Assembly (NCBI GenBank): GCA_016748015.1
Contig: JAAOMT010000360.1
Coordinates: 1-49,680 of the forward strand
Origin: Geosiphon pyriformis uo1
Taxonomy: Eukaryota > Fungi > Glomeromycota
Length of the DNA stretch: 49,680 nt
Reading direction: 5' to 3'
Shown here: positions 23,131 to 35,794 of the stretch, one piece after another
Numbering within the stretch: the stretch's first letter is position 1
How the letters are laid out: every line of letters starts with the position of its first letter
The notes under the pieces: model-generated
What the model was told of the DNA's origin: nothing
Databases searched by the model: none
The model's input: the letters and a program-made list of their open reading frames with translations, nothing else
Program-made: the position numbers and the translations under genes

Positions 23131-24149
23131 GTCCATTGTTGTTGAAGTATTTAAGTTGTAAGACAGGCTGATTTTTGATAAGATAGATAAGTGTTGTTTC
23201 AATTTCTTCTATTGCTTCAGGTTCTCCAAATTCAATTTCGTTCTCATCATTTTCGCTGGGCAAGGGGATACTAAAAGCATAGCATTCAGGACACCACTGT
23301 TTATCACAAGACATAATGCATTCTTCACATAGCCTAATGTTCATTTGCTCTAATCATTGAATTTGAGCTTCTTAAGTTGGGTAGGTGTAACTTGCAATTT
23401 GGTGGTAGACTTCTACTTCGTCTTCATAATCGAATCCAGCTAATTCCATGGTGTATTCAATGTATTCTGCTTCTTTCATTTGGCAAACATCTTCTTTGGT
23501 AGCTTTATTAATTAATGCCATTGCTAGGTTGAAAATCATCTCAGCATCATGGAAATAGTAATAAAGTTTGTTGAGAGCACTGTTGTATGCCGCATTAAAG
23601 GGTGTTCCTCTTTTTACTTTTTCTGAAATTGATAAAGCATATTGGCAGATCTGATTGTAGACTCCTCCTCTCATGGCTACATCAATCTAATTGCATTCTT
23701 CTGGTAGCATATTTCTATAAGTCAAACAAGAGGTGTTGTCCCATTTTCTGCTCCTTTTTATTAGATGGCCCCATCATTCTCTGTGGCAAGCCTTGCAGTA
23801 ATAACAAGTATGATTTTCATATTCTTTTTCAGGTGAAATGCAGGCTCTTATTGACAATAATTTCTTGTGGCAGTCCTTACATTTAAGGGGAATATAGGGG
23901 CATTGTTTTCTTGGTTTAGGTTTTGAGTAAGAGATATTCCATTCAGAGGTTTTGGGTTCAGAGTGTGGGGTAAAATGTTCTTGTTCTGTTTCATCAGCCC
24001 AGTTGGACATTGATCCAAGAGCCATAAATGTTTCAATGAGGGGTTTTTCCTCTTCCGGTTTGAATTCAAAAGCTAGGGCTTTTTCAGAGTGTTTGTTGAA
24101 TGTACCACAAATGGCAGGTACCCAGGCGTGTTGTCCTTGGTAGGAGATT

Positions 24150-24688
24150 GTTAACTCTTGTGTTTCCCAATTCAGATTAGCATTGGCTTTTTGAAGCCAA
24201 TCATTTCCGACGAGAGCTTAGTACTGGAGTGTGTCCATTACAAAAACTTTGACTGGAATGGTGATTCCATCAAGAGTGAATGGAAAATTGTCAATTTCTC
24301 TTACTGGGGTCTTTTTCATGCCATCAGCAGTGACGATTACTGTTTGAGCTGGTCGGTCAACATTTTTTTTCAACTGTTGCATTAACTGATAGGTGATAAT
24401 GCTTCCGGCAGATCCACTGTCTAGGATCAAGCGAATTGTCTTTCCTTCAACTTTGGCTTCAATGTACATGGCCATGATTGCTTTTTGTTCATTGGCAGCT
24501 GCATTGCTAAGCAGAAATGGTGACTTATTTGCTTCGAATTCAAAAGGGAATATATCTGAAAGGTTAGCATTTTCAGTGATTCTGGCTGGTGGAATTGTGG
24601 TGGAAGTATAGGAAGGGTTTTGTTGTTGTTGTGCTGCAGCTCTACTTTCTATGAGTGCAGTATGATGAAAATCCTGTTCTTCCAGCAT
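24150..24688 (-). pseudogene. Element A aspartic protease
   Basis: LILDSGSAGSII active-site motif; TVIVTADG flap. Confidence 0.9.
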
Positions 24689-24699
24689 TATTAAATAAC

Positions 24700-26508
24700 T
24701 GGGTTGAGTGTGGTAGTGGTTGGGTCTTGGTTGAGTGGTATTTCAGGGAACCAATTGGTTGTTCAAACTGATTCTATTGTTGTTTACTTGGTATCGGTTT
24801 GGTGGTGTGAATTGATTTTGTGTAATCAGTCTTCGAGCAGGTACTTGATAATGTTGTGTGGGTGGTTGTTGGTATTGCTGTTGGATTGACTGTGAGGCTG
24901 GCTGATAATAGTTATTTTGGTATTGGGGTCTTGGTGGATAGTAAACTGGTGGTGGTAGTTGATAATAAGATTGCTGTGATGGAGGGTAACGTTGATTACT
25001 TCTATTTTGTTGGTCTCATTATGGCTTTCTGCAATCTCTTTTCCAGTGGCCAGAGATTCCACAGTAATGGCAATTCTGAGGCTGGTTATTGGAAAGTAGT
25101 GCAAAGTTATTTTGATTTCGTCTTTGGGGTGGTTGATATTTTTGGAGTTGCTGTTGTTGTTGATTGGTGAAATAGTTTTCAACCTTCTTTGTGAGTTGGT
25201 CAATTTTTTCTTCAGCTGCTGAGCTGGTTTCTCCAATTGCCAAATTTACAAGTTTTGTGCAATTGGCCTTTTCCATGGCCATTTTGTATCTTTTCGCATG
25301 CTGTATGGCAGAGTTTAAATCTTCTGGCGCATGTGGGCAAACCTTTTTAATTAGTTTATCTTTTAGACCAGTGATAAATTGATCCAAGATTTGAGCATCG
25401 GAATAATAATTGTTTGTTTCGAGTTGGCGAATTTGTCTGAGAAGTTTGTTGAATTTCTCAATATAAGTTATAACAGATTCGGAGGGTTCTTGTTTGATAT
25501 TTCGAAAACGATTATGAAAGGTGATAGAAGTATTATTGTCGGTGAACTGTTCAAGGAAGGCTGCCTTGAAAGCATTCCAATCATTGAATGGGACAGCCAA
25601 GTTTTCAAACCATTCTCCTGCTGTTCCTTTGAGAAAGTAGGAAATTGTTCTTAACATTCTGGCAGTATTCCATCCATTTGTATCTCCAGCTTTAATAACT
25701 TGGTCGAGCCATTCTTGGGGACTGGTCTCAATGTCTTTTCTATTAAATTCAGGGATTTTTGTGATGTATGTGTCATTTCATTTTCTTCATTTTCACTGTC
25801 TATTGATTCTTCTTCAAATATTTCTGGTTCGTTTTCTTCGTTTGCTGCTGTCTCAGAGTGTTCACATTGATTTTCAGCTAGAAAGTCAAGGAGATTGGAA
25901 CTAGTTTGAAGGGGTTTTTGTTGTCTGGTGGGACTTCTGAGTGATGTAAAATCTTCTGGTCTTGCAAATCGATTCAAGGGTGAATTAGGTGTTTGTGCTT
26001 GTGCAAGTGAAGTTGGAAAAGGTGTAATAGTAAGTGGAAGTTTTGAACTGGTTCTTTGTTCAGGTGTTTGTAAATGTTTGGCAGTTGTTTTCAGTAGTGT
26101 TGGAGTATTTGGGATGGTTCTTGAATATTGCTCTAATTTGTTTTTGTCTTTGTTACTTGTTTTTGTTTCTAATTCAAAATCAATAGTATATTGAGACTGC
26201 ACTAGATATGTTTCTTCACAGTATTTGATAATGTTAAAATTAAGTTCGTGAAAGTAAGTGATAAGTGTTTCACTGTTAAAGTCTTCAGTTCCCAACTGTG
26301 AATAGTGTGCTAAATTATTGTAAAAGTTGCTTCTAACTTCTGAGATATTGTAATTTCCAAAAAAATAATTGTTGATGTGGTTTTCAATGTATTGGTATAC
26401 TGATTTTTTGACAACTTCAATTCCGTCTGGAATGTTGAATCTTTGCTTGCAGTGGGTGTAAATTGATTGGTAATACTCTAGAGTTGTTGTGTCTGGTGTG
26501 GTCGCCAC
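24700..26508 (-). pseudogene. Element A gag with long N-terminal extension and CCHC knuckle
   Basis: Retrotransposon gag motifs FLKGTAGEWF, IKQEPSESV, QFITGLK; knuckle CHYCGISGHWKRDC; same frame as the protease; stops consistent with CAA/CGA mutation; one frameshift near 25770. Confidence 0.9.
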
Positions 26509-26535
26509 TTTGAATTTGTTGTTGCTGTGTTATTT

Positions 26536-26551
26536 CCGTGGGAGAGCACCA
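26536..26551 (-). other. Primer-binding site of element A (TGGTGCTCTCCCACGG)
   Basis: TGG-starting tract 2 nt inside the 5' LTR; complementary to a tRNA ending ...GAGCACCA (elongator tRNA-Met-like). Confidence 0.75.
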
Positions 26552-26553
26552 AA

Positions 26554-27536
26554 TGTTACCAGAGGTTTTTGGTCTTTTTTCTTAAATGTTGTCAATGCTT
26601 GTTTGCTGTGAATTCACGTTTTCTGGATGTGGTTGAACCTCCAATAACTGAATTTATCTTCAAATTATCTCCTATAATTTGAACTGTTAGGCTTATAAGT
26701 GGAATGGCCAATTCTGTACCAGTTACTTTATGTAGTTACGTTGTAGTAAATGTTAACTCTTTCCCAGGAATTGCTCATCTGGAAGCTCACTAAAATGTAT
26801 AGTTACTTTGCTGTGAAAGTCAACTCTTCTACAGAAATCTTGTCTGTAGACTACCCTAATAATTGTAAAAAGAAAAGAAAAGAAAAAAATAAAAGAAATG
26901 TAAAAGAAATAGAATTCTGTCAAGGGAAACGTTTTCTATCCAGGTCTGGAGTCACTAACAGTTTACTGAAATTGGTAGCTAATCAATTTCAAAATGTTAG
27001 TTGGGTTTTTGAGGATTTTCCAAGTGCAATAATTTAAAGAGTTTTGGTTTTTTGAATTATTTGATATTTATTTCTTTTTGTGTGTGTAAGAATGGTTCTA
27101 AGTGATAAATCTAAAGTAAGATACATTTTCTCAAAAAAAAAAGCTCTTCTTTTATATAACTTGTCATAACACTATTCTATGAACTTGAACTTTGTTATTT
27201 TCTACAATTTCGCTGAACTAAAGATATATTTTGGCAAACTACAAGTTATTTCTGCGAACTATTAGATATTTTGGTGAACTATTAATTATTTTGGCAAATT
27301 TCTATAAATTTCGGCAAACTTTTGAATGTTACATAGTTCGGGGTATTGCATGATTGATCATTGCAATTAGGTTACATTTGTGTTGTGTACAATTTGGGTT
27401 ATTAATTAAATGATAATTTCAGACATTTTTGCTAATGTAATAAGTGATAATTTGAAATGATAATATATGCTAATTAATGATAGGAATTATAAGATAATTT
27501 TATGCTAAATAATATCTTTAATTTCATCTGATAACA
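26554..27536 (-). repeat. 5' LTR of element A (983 bp)
   Basis: TGTTACCAGA...TCTGATAACA inverted ends; followed on the minus strand by a PBS. Confidence 0.95.
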
Positions 27537-27540
27537 TTAC

Positions 27541-30500
27541 CATGATTTTATTAACTCTGTATTTTATCTCTACTGGTTTTAACACCAACTCTTTTCCAAT
27601 TACTAAATGATCCAAAATCATCTTGTGAAAAAGCCAATCTAGAATGCTCTTAATCATGCTTCTTTTGTCAAAACTGAAATTTTTTATCCATTTCTTGATT
27701 GCCTTCTTGATAGTCATATCTTTGGTAATCTTAGATTTATAATATTTGGACTTTTTATATTTTTTTTTGACCAATGACAAATGTTTAATAGTTTTTAGCA
27801 AACTAGTACTATTTTGAATCATAAAATCAATCCTAAAAGCTTTCTTGTTATCAATCTTAGACCACTTTTCAAAAAGGTAACTATACTCAAACTTGTTGTC
27901 CACACCTAATACCTTTGTAATCTTCACAATCAGCAATTTCAATCCAAGAAATTTAGAAAACTGCCTACCTTTCAAATACTCAAACTTACTGAACTAACAT
28001 TTAAAAAAAACAGCATTTGCTAAAACCATTATTGTCTTCCTTACTTCATCCCACATAGCATTTAAATTGCCATGAGTCTTTGCATTTACAAATTTATCTT
28101 TTACCACCAACAGATTAGATAATATGCAATTTTTGAAGCATGCTCATTTGGTGGCATCTACTTCTTTAATATTAAACTTCTAATAATCTTTGTTTACCTA
28201 CTTTCAAATACTATTCAAGTATGCATTCAAGAAACTTCTCAATTCTACCAAAATCAAAACAGTCTTATAATCTATATTAAAAAAATCAGACATGGTGCCA
28301 ATTTCATGCATTATAACTATTAAAAGCAAATTTTTACTGACAAAAATGTAATCAATGACCTTATTAACTCTCTTGAAATTACTCCAAGTAGAAGATTTGA
28401 CTAAAAAGTGTTCCTTAAGTGAATTTATAAGACTTAAATTCAAGTATTTTTTGAAACTCATATTTTTTCCAGTACTATCTTCATTAAAGTTACCACCTAA
28501 AATAATAAAAAAGCTAGAATCAACTGCCTTAGAAATAACTGAATTGATACCCAAGACTTGATTAAACCACATACCAACAGACATGTCAGCATATAAATTT
28601 AAGATTGCAATTGAAAGCTTGTTTTTAAACAAAGAATGTATTGAAATTAACCAACTTGGAATCTTATTCACCTTCAAAACATGTTAAGCCAAAAAACTGT
28701 TTATAATTATGGCTACACCAGTACCAAGAAACTTTGTGTCTAAACCAGAAGTAAAAACTTAAACACATTCAAACTTATTTGCAATTTATGGCCGAATATT
28801 AGACCTAAATTTTGTTTTAATGATGATAGAAATCATATTATTAGAGTTTATATGCCAATGCACAATATTTTCTTGCTTAGCAGAAACATTAATGCCCTTT
28901 ATATTACAAATAGCAATTTTTCAAACAAAGTCTATTATTGAAGAGAACAAATATTAGATACCAAACCAATATTGTCTATTTTGGCCATTAGGCCCATAAC
29001 AATAACCAAAAAATTATTCATAGTTATCTTCAATTTTGAAATTATAAATTAATCAAAAATTACTGCTTTCACTATAGTCTCATCACTAGTGACTACATCT
29101 AAACCCTTACTTATCATTATATCTGCTTCTTGATTTTGTGATAAAAAAATTACCAATGGCTAACATTCAGAAGTAAACTGGGAAATCATTGGCCCAGGTG
29201 TCCAATCTCTTAGCCAGCTTATTAATATGCTCTTGAGACTGGCAAGACTGCATTCAAAAGCAACAAATCTATTATTTAGTTCTATAAACACTAGCAGAAT
29301 AGACTTCATCTTCAAAGAAAAGCCAAAACTTAACAAATTATTACCAGTAAAAAGAGGAAAGAAAGAGAACTCACCAACAACTTTTGTCTAAAAAACATCA
29401 CCAAAAAAAACAGGACAAGCTATTGATGCCAAATATTTGGCATAGATAGGTGCCAGCCTGTTTTTGTTTGCCTCTGATAACACTTTACAAAATAGATCAC
29501 TAAGAGAACTTTTTCCACTCAAGATGCATTTCAATAATGTATGACGAAATTTCTTATACTTGATACATTTGGCTAAATTCAGATGGAACCAATGCAAATT
29601 GACATTTTTTAGTACTAACATGGTTTTTATGACAGTATTTAATAATTTAGCAGAGTTAAAACAGATGACAGCACATCTGCCCTGGACATATAATACTAGA
29701 TGTTGATTAATAATACATGTTTTTCTATTTACAGAACCAATGAAGTCTTAGATATTATAGGCATTAGTTTTCACAGGCAAAGTATAGAGCAGTATCCTAT
29801 GATGATCCCTAGCATTCCATGATTCTTTGTCCAAATTTATCCTAGCAATATGCACAGCATCTTTTCTAATTAGAATAAACCAATTTGCTGTGACCAAATC
29901 AGCTTGATTTAATTGCTTAAATTCAATTACAGCCTTCTGCCAAAGTTTTACCAACTGCATTTTGATTAACCTAATTAATTCAAACTCAATTAGTGCAACA
30001 TACACAGTCTTATCTTATGTTTCAATTGGAATTTTTTTTACCACCACAGCTTGATCTAAATACTTAACAGATTTTTTAAAATTGGTGTTTACTAAAATTT
30101 TTGCTATCTTTGTTATTTTTGTTATATTAGAAGCTTAAGCCAAGCTTAATTTGGAAGTAAACATTGCTTTAATAATTCCAGCAAATTTTGAGAAAGTAGA
30201 AGCTCTTCCAAAACCATTGACTTTTAAAAACAATCTTCTGATAACTATAAGCTTCTCCTAAAAAAATTTTCCAATAATTTTATTTAAAGCAAAGAATTTT
30301 CTAACAAAAACATTGACCAAGTTTTTAAAAAGAGGGAAAGTGTCAAAAAAGCATCTAACAGAATATTATTATCATCATTATTGCTTAAGAAATCAATTTT
30401 CCTTAATGGTTTTCTTAATGCTTTCTTGGTTTATACTCATAAGCCTTTAAGCATTTGATCAGAATTACTTTTAACAAAGGCACCACTTTTACCATAGACA

Positions 30501-30860
30501 AAACTGGTTTCTTTAACCAAACATTCTTCCTCCATGTTAATACTGTCAGATTTGATAGTATTACCAGTCTTAAAACTCTATAAGTAACCACCTATTTCTT
30601 TAGCAGAAACCTTTTTATTGCCAATATTATTAACCAAAGCTCTTTTTTTTCTTTTTTTCCTTGACATAACAGTTTTAAAGCCAGCAACTGAACCAGAATT
30701 TTTAACAGTCTTTTTTATAATGGCAATACTAAGACCAACAGTAGTCTCATAATCAAGTAAAAACAGTTTTAATTTATTATATTAAATGGTAAAAAAACTT
30801 CTTTCAAAAAACTTTATGACTCTTTTTTGGGAATTTGGGATGAAAAAAAAATCAGTTATA
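27541..30860 (-). mobile_element. LINE copy 1, 5' part (5' UTR, ORF1, APE endonuclease); continues at 9629
   Basis: ORF1 fragments 29748-30005 and 29388-29621 and endonuclease fragments 28204-28677 and 27505-27975 match copy 3; gggaatttgggatg at ~30830 matches the 5' UTR tcccaaattcc at 35681. Removing Gypsy A restores a colinear ORF2. Confidence 0.9.
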
Positions 30861-30869
30861 ATTTTTATA

Positions 30870-32226
30870 ATATAGTCTGATAAAAAATATATATATAAAT
30901 TTATTAAGATTGTATTTGGTTTATTATTTTTGTAAGTTTTATAATAATAAAAATAAAAACTAAATATTAAATAAGTAACTAAGCTTTAAAAACATTTTTT
31001 TGTATATTAATTAATAGTTTTTTAAAAACAAAAAATATAAAAAACAAAAAAAATACAAAATAAAATGAATATATTTTTTTCTACAATTTATAATATTCTT
31101 AAAAAACTCAAAAAAAAGAAACAATAAAACATATAAATAATTTAGTTTTATCTAGATATTTAACAATAAAGTTGGCTAAAAAAAGAATAAATATTTTTTA
31201 TATTATTAAACCTATTTATTTAATTTTAATTATAAAAAGTTTTTCTAAAGCAACTTCAATGCTAATTAAAAAATATAAGTAAAAATATATAGAATAACTT
31301 AAAAAACATCTAAACAATAATTAAAAAAAAAACAGTTTTTATTAAAATATCTTTTTAATTTTTTTAAAACATAATAAAACATTAGCATAAAAGTATTTAA
31401 CCAATTTATTTTAAAAATTAAACAAAATTTTTTGTATAAAAAAGTTTTTATAAAAAAAAAAACTAATTTATTTTGTTTTAATAATAAATACTTAATTTTA
31501 TATAAATATTTTTTGTAATTATTTATTTGAAATTAGAGCAATATTAAAAAATAATTGATAATTTTAACAAGATAATAATTTCAAACATACTAAAAAACTT
31601 TTTAAAAAGTTTATTACTGAAAATATAACTAACTTATTAAAGTAATCATCTAATAATCACTTAAATCTAATAAAAAATTTTTAAGTTATTATTAAAAAAT
31701 ATATAGAAAAATTGTAATAAATTAAAAAAATTTATAAAAAAAAAGTAACAAAATATTTCTAAATCTATTTTAATTGTATTAATAGAATTAATAAAACAAT
31801 ATTATAAAATAATAATTAAAATAAATAATAAAAGAATTTTTTATTAAATTTTTAATAAAATTATATGGTATTTAACTTTATAATAAAAGTTGTTTTATGT
31901 AATTTTGTATATTAATTAAAACATATTAATTATTTTTATATTTTTAATTTTTTTCTTATCAGACTATAATTAAAAAATTTTAAATACATAATAATTGCTT
32001 TATTATTTTTTTGTTTAATAATATTAAATTGGTTTTAAAGTTAAATAAAAACATCAAAATTAAAAAAATATTGCAAAAATATTAAATTTAATAAATTTGT
32101 TTACTAAATTTTAATAATATAAATTAATAATATTAAAAAAAAAGTATTTATATAATATAATTATTATTTTAATTATTTACAATAATTGTTTTTTATAATT
32201 TAAATATATATATTATTATTATTTTT
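30870..32226. other. Extremely AT-rich tract, probably decayed repeat (similar tracts at 5760-6220, 33086-35660, 42460-43430)
   Basis: Very few G/C, essentially no CpG, no credible ORF. Confidence 0.6.
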
Positions 32227-32237
32227 AAGAATTTTTT

Positions 32238-33074
32238 CCGGATTCTCATTTGGCTGCTGGTTTCACTAGTAAGCGTGCTGCTGGTTTCATTAGTAAGCAT
32301 ACTGCTAACAGTCGGACATATTTCATGAAGATACTATATCATCGGCTTCCTGTAGCTATATGGAAATGGTTGTATAATAGATGTTATTCCAGCATAATAT
32401 GTCTTTATTGTGGTGATGTTGAGATCTCCAACCACATGTTTTCCTGCCCATCTGATGTTTCTGCTCGCACTTGGTTGGTTGATGTTCATGCGTCTGCTTG
32501 AGAAAATTACACTGGTTTATTTCGTTTCTCCTCATGTGTCTCACAGTTGTTGTCAATATGTGTTTCTGATGTAGTGATTAGCACGGCTTTTTGTAAAGGT
32601 TTTGTTTTTAATGATTGGTACCATGAGTTATTTTCTGTTTTTAAAGATTCCAAGATGGTGGCTCTGACTATTGTGGACTTTGTGCAAAAATTTTGTCTCA
32701 CTTTTCAGGAGGAGGTTTGGTTGGTTTGTGCCAAACACAGGTCTCTTATGGAGGGAAATGGTTTGATTCCATGTGATAGTTTTCTACCCTTTCCAGTAGT
32801 AGGCCCCCCTAAGCTACTTTCAGATGATGTGGTTAAGTTATTAGGTGTCACTGATGCTTTTGGTGTTAGTTTTGGGTTTTGTAAATATTGTCAGTTTTTT
32901 TCTGGTATAGATGATATGATTTCTGTTCATATAGGTGTATAGTGTTGTTCTGATTGGCTTGAGTGGCTGATCACGTGTAGAAAATACATGATTCATGTCT
33001 AGTTTAGATCATTTGTATGATGTATAATTCTAGGTAGCATTTGAACTTCACTCATTAAACGTAATAAAAAAAAA
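32238..33074 (+). mobile_element. LINE copy 2, 5'-truncated (ORF2 C-terminus, 3' UTR, poly(A))
   Basis: Homologous to 41635-42450; perfect 11-bp TSD aagaatttttt at 32227-32237 and 33075-33085. Confidence 0.95.
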
Positions 33075-35794
33075 AAGAATTTTTTAATATATAAATAAGT
33101 TATAATAATTGTTAATAATATTTTTTTATTAAATTTAATATAATAAATCAAATTAAGTAATTTAAATTAAATATAGTTATATATTTTTTATATATAATTA
33201 AATATAAATTTAGATTAAACTAATTTATATTAAGTTTAAAAAAATTTATTCTAAAAATACATTTTATATAAAAATACATTAATATATTATGATTAATAAT
33301 AATATTACATATCTATTTAATAATTTTATTTGTATTTAACTTGATATTAACTGGTTAATATTTTTAAAAAACCAATAATTAAGTAGATATATCTTTATAC
33401 AAAATATTATTAAACTTATTTATATATTTAATCTTAATATTAATTTTAGTTTTAATTTTAACCAATTTTATATTAATATTATTTAAAATTTTACCAAAAA
33501 CAAATATTTTATTTGAAACAATAACAATCATATTTCTGAGTTTTTTATACAAAACTAAAAAAATATTTAACAAAGTAATAACCAAAATAACCAAAAATTT
33601 AATTAATTTAATAACAAATTTAATTAAAATAGCCAAATCAATAATTTGAAATACCAAAATATTTAATTTAAAATTAAATACAGAAGTAATAGCAAAAACA
33701 ATTTAAAATACAACAATAAAAAAAAGCCAAAAAAATAGAAGTTTTAACATATAATTTTATATTAACAAAAAATAAAATAAAAATTTTTTTTTTAATAACT
33801 TCTAAAGTAATTTTTTTATTTTTGGCTAGTAATTCTTTCTTAATTAAAATTTTTTCTAAAAAACACATTTAAATTAGTTTTAATATTGTTTTTATTTTTT
33901 TTAAAAGTCCTAAAATCTTTAATAACAAGCTAGTTAACAAGCAGATTTTTTTTGTTTTTATTATTAATACCATTATTACTAATTTACAAATAACCAAAAA
34001 AACCAAAGAGTTAAAAAAACAATAGCAATTATTTGTATTTATTGTTATTATATTAAACTTTTTTGTAATTTTGAATAAAATTTTTTCAACAATAATCAAT
34101 TTTTTTCTAATATAAACAATAATAATAACAACACATCTTCCAAAATAGACCAAAATTAATTATTGGTTGTGTTATTAAATATGGTGTTTTTTGGCAAATT
34201 ATTATCAGTCTTAGTAATAAAACAACTTATTAAGTTATTTGATCTTAAAAATTAGACTAATTAAATAAAAATTAAAGCAATCTTTTTTTTTTGTTTTTTG
34301 GTGTTGTCTCTAATAGTATTTGAAAAATAATTTTCAGTTATTAAAAATTTTCCAAGTAAGTGGTTTCTATTTTGGTGTTTAGTACTATTTTTAAAATTAA
34401 ATTGGTCTTAATTAATTTTTTGTTTTGTTTGTTGTTTGGCTTTATTAGACTTAAATTAGTTTTAAAGAATAATATTAAGTTGTTTTGCATAAATTTTGTT
34501 TTTAAGACTTTTTTAATTGCTGTTTTTAAAGTTTTAATTAATGAAGTTTTTTTTTAATTATATTTAAAATTGCAAAATCTTTTGTGATAACTTTTGGTTC
34601 CTTTTTTTCATCTCTATTATATTTTATAATATTTCTCTTAACATATTTTTTGATAATATTAAAATTGTTCTTGGTATTTTTAGTATTGTTATCTTTGTTA
34701 AATTAAAGCTTATTAATTTGTAGCAATATACTATTGTAATTTTTAAGAACTTTTTTCTGTTGTTGCTATTTTTAATAATTAATTTGTATTAATTAAAAAA
34801 GACAATATAAAGATTTTTTACTTTTTTAATTAAAAAAAGGTTATTATCTTAAGAAATTTATTTAAGACCAAAATAATTAACTTTTTTTTATTGTATTATT
34901 TTTAAAATTAATAATTTGATTTTTAAAATTAATAGCTATATTTGTTTTATTTTTTATTTTCCTAATTTTTTTTGTTAATAATAAAACATATGTTATGGCT
35001 TTTATTTCTTTGGTTTTTTTTGTTGTTGATTCTGTTGTTAAGTTTAGATTAAATTTTTTAGAATCTTAAATCTTAAGTTTAACTGCTTTAATAAAGTTTA
35101 TTATTAAACTTATTAGTTTTTTAATTATTTTGGTTATTTTTTTGGTCTAAAAATATGCACAAAAATTACAAATCAAAAAATATTTGCTTATTATGCTTAA
35201 TATTTTCAAAAACTTTGCTTTTTTTTTAGCTAATATATTTAAAAATTTTGTTAATCTTAAAACTAAAATTGAATTTGACAATATAAATAAAAATAAATTT
35301 AGTGCTATCAAGACACTTTTTTTAAATAAAAAAACATGTAATTATATGATTACTTTGTGATAAATATGTGGTTTTAAAATTAAAAATAGTATTAAAAAAA
35401 CTAAATTGTTTTTTAGTGATTTTATTTTTAATTATAAAAATTTAAATAGTATTATTAAGAGATTTAGTAAGCTAAATTTTCTGTTAATTTCTTTTTAATT
35501 TAATTTAATTAGTGTTTTAATTAACTTAGATAATTAAATATGTAGAAAATACATAATTTATATTTAATTTAAATTACTTAGTTTAATATATTATATTAGA
35601 TAATATTTAAGCATATTTTATTAAAACATAATAAAAAAAATAACTTATATACTTTTAAAAAAACTTCTTTCTCTCCTTCGTCCCAAATTCCTGAAAAAAA
35701 GTCAAATTTTGAAAGTAGTTTTTTCTGTTTTTGCATACTGTTTTCCAATATTTCACAAAAATCAAACCCTTTTGTTGTTGGCCCGGCTGCCACT

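Larger units (their letters stand above)
9630..27536 (-). mobile_element. Ty3/Gypsy LTR retrotransposon A, non-chromoviral, dUTPase-encoding, inactivated
   Basis: Direct-repeat LTRs 9630-10601 and 26554-27536; 4-bp TSD tcac (9626-9629) / ttac (27537-27540); order gag-PR-dUT-RT-RH-IN; PBS and PPT present. Confidence 0.95.

Noticed and set aside
24665-24680. GGATTTT slippery-like site before the protease of A
   Set aside because: gag and protease are already in the same frame, so no shift is needed.
26750-27037. 95-aa antisense ORF in the LTR of A
   Set aside because: No domain; start codon absent and a stop present in the other LTR copy.
33379-34557. Short I/K/L/F-rich ORFs as genes
   Set aside because: Composition artefacts of AT-rich DNA.
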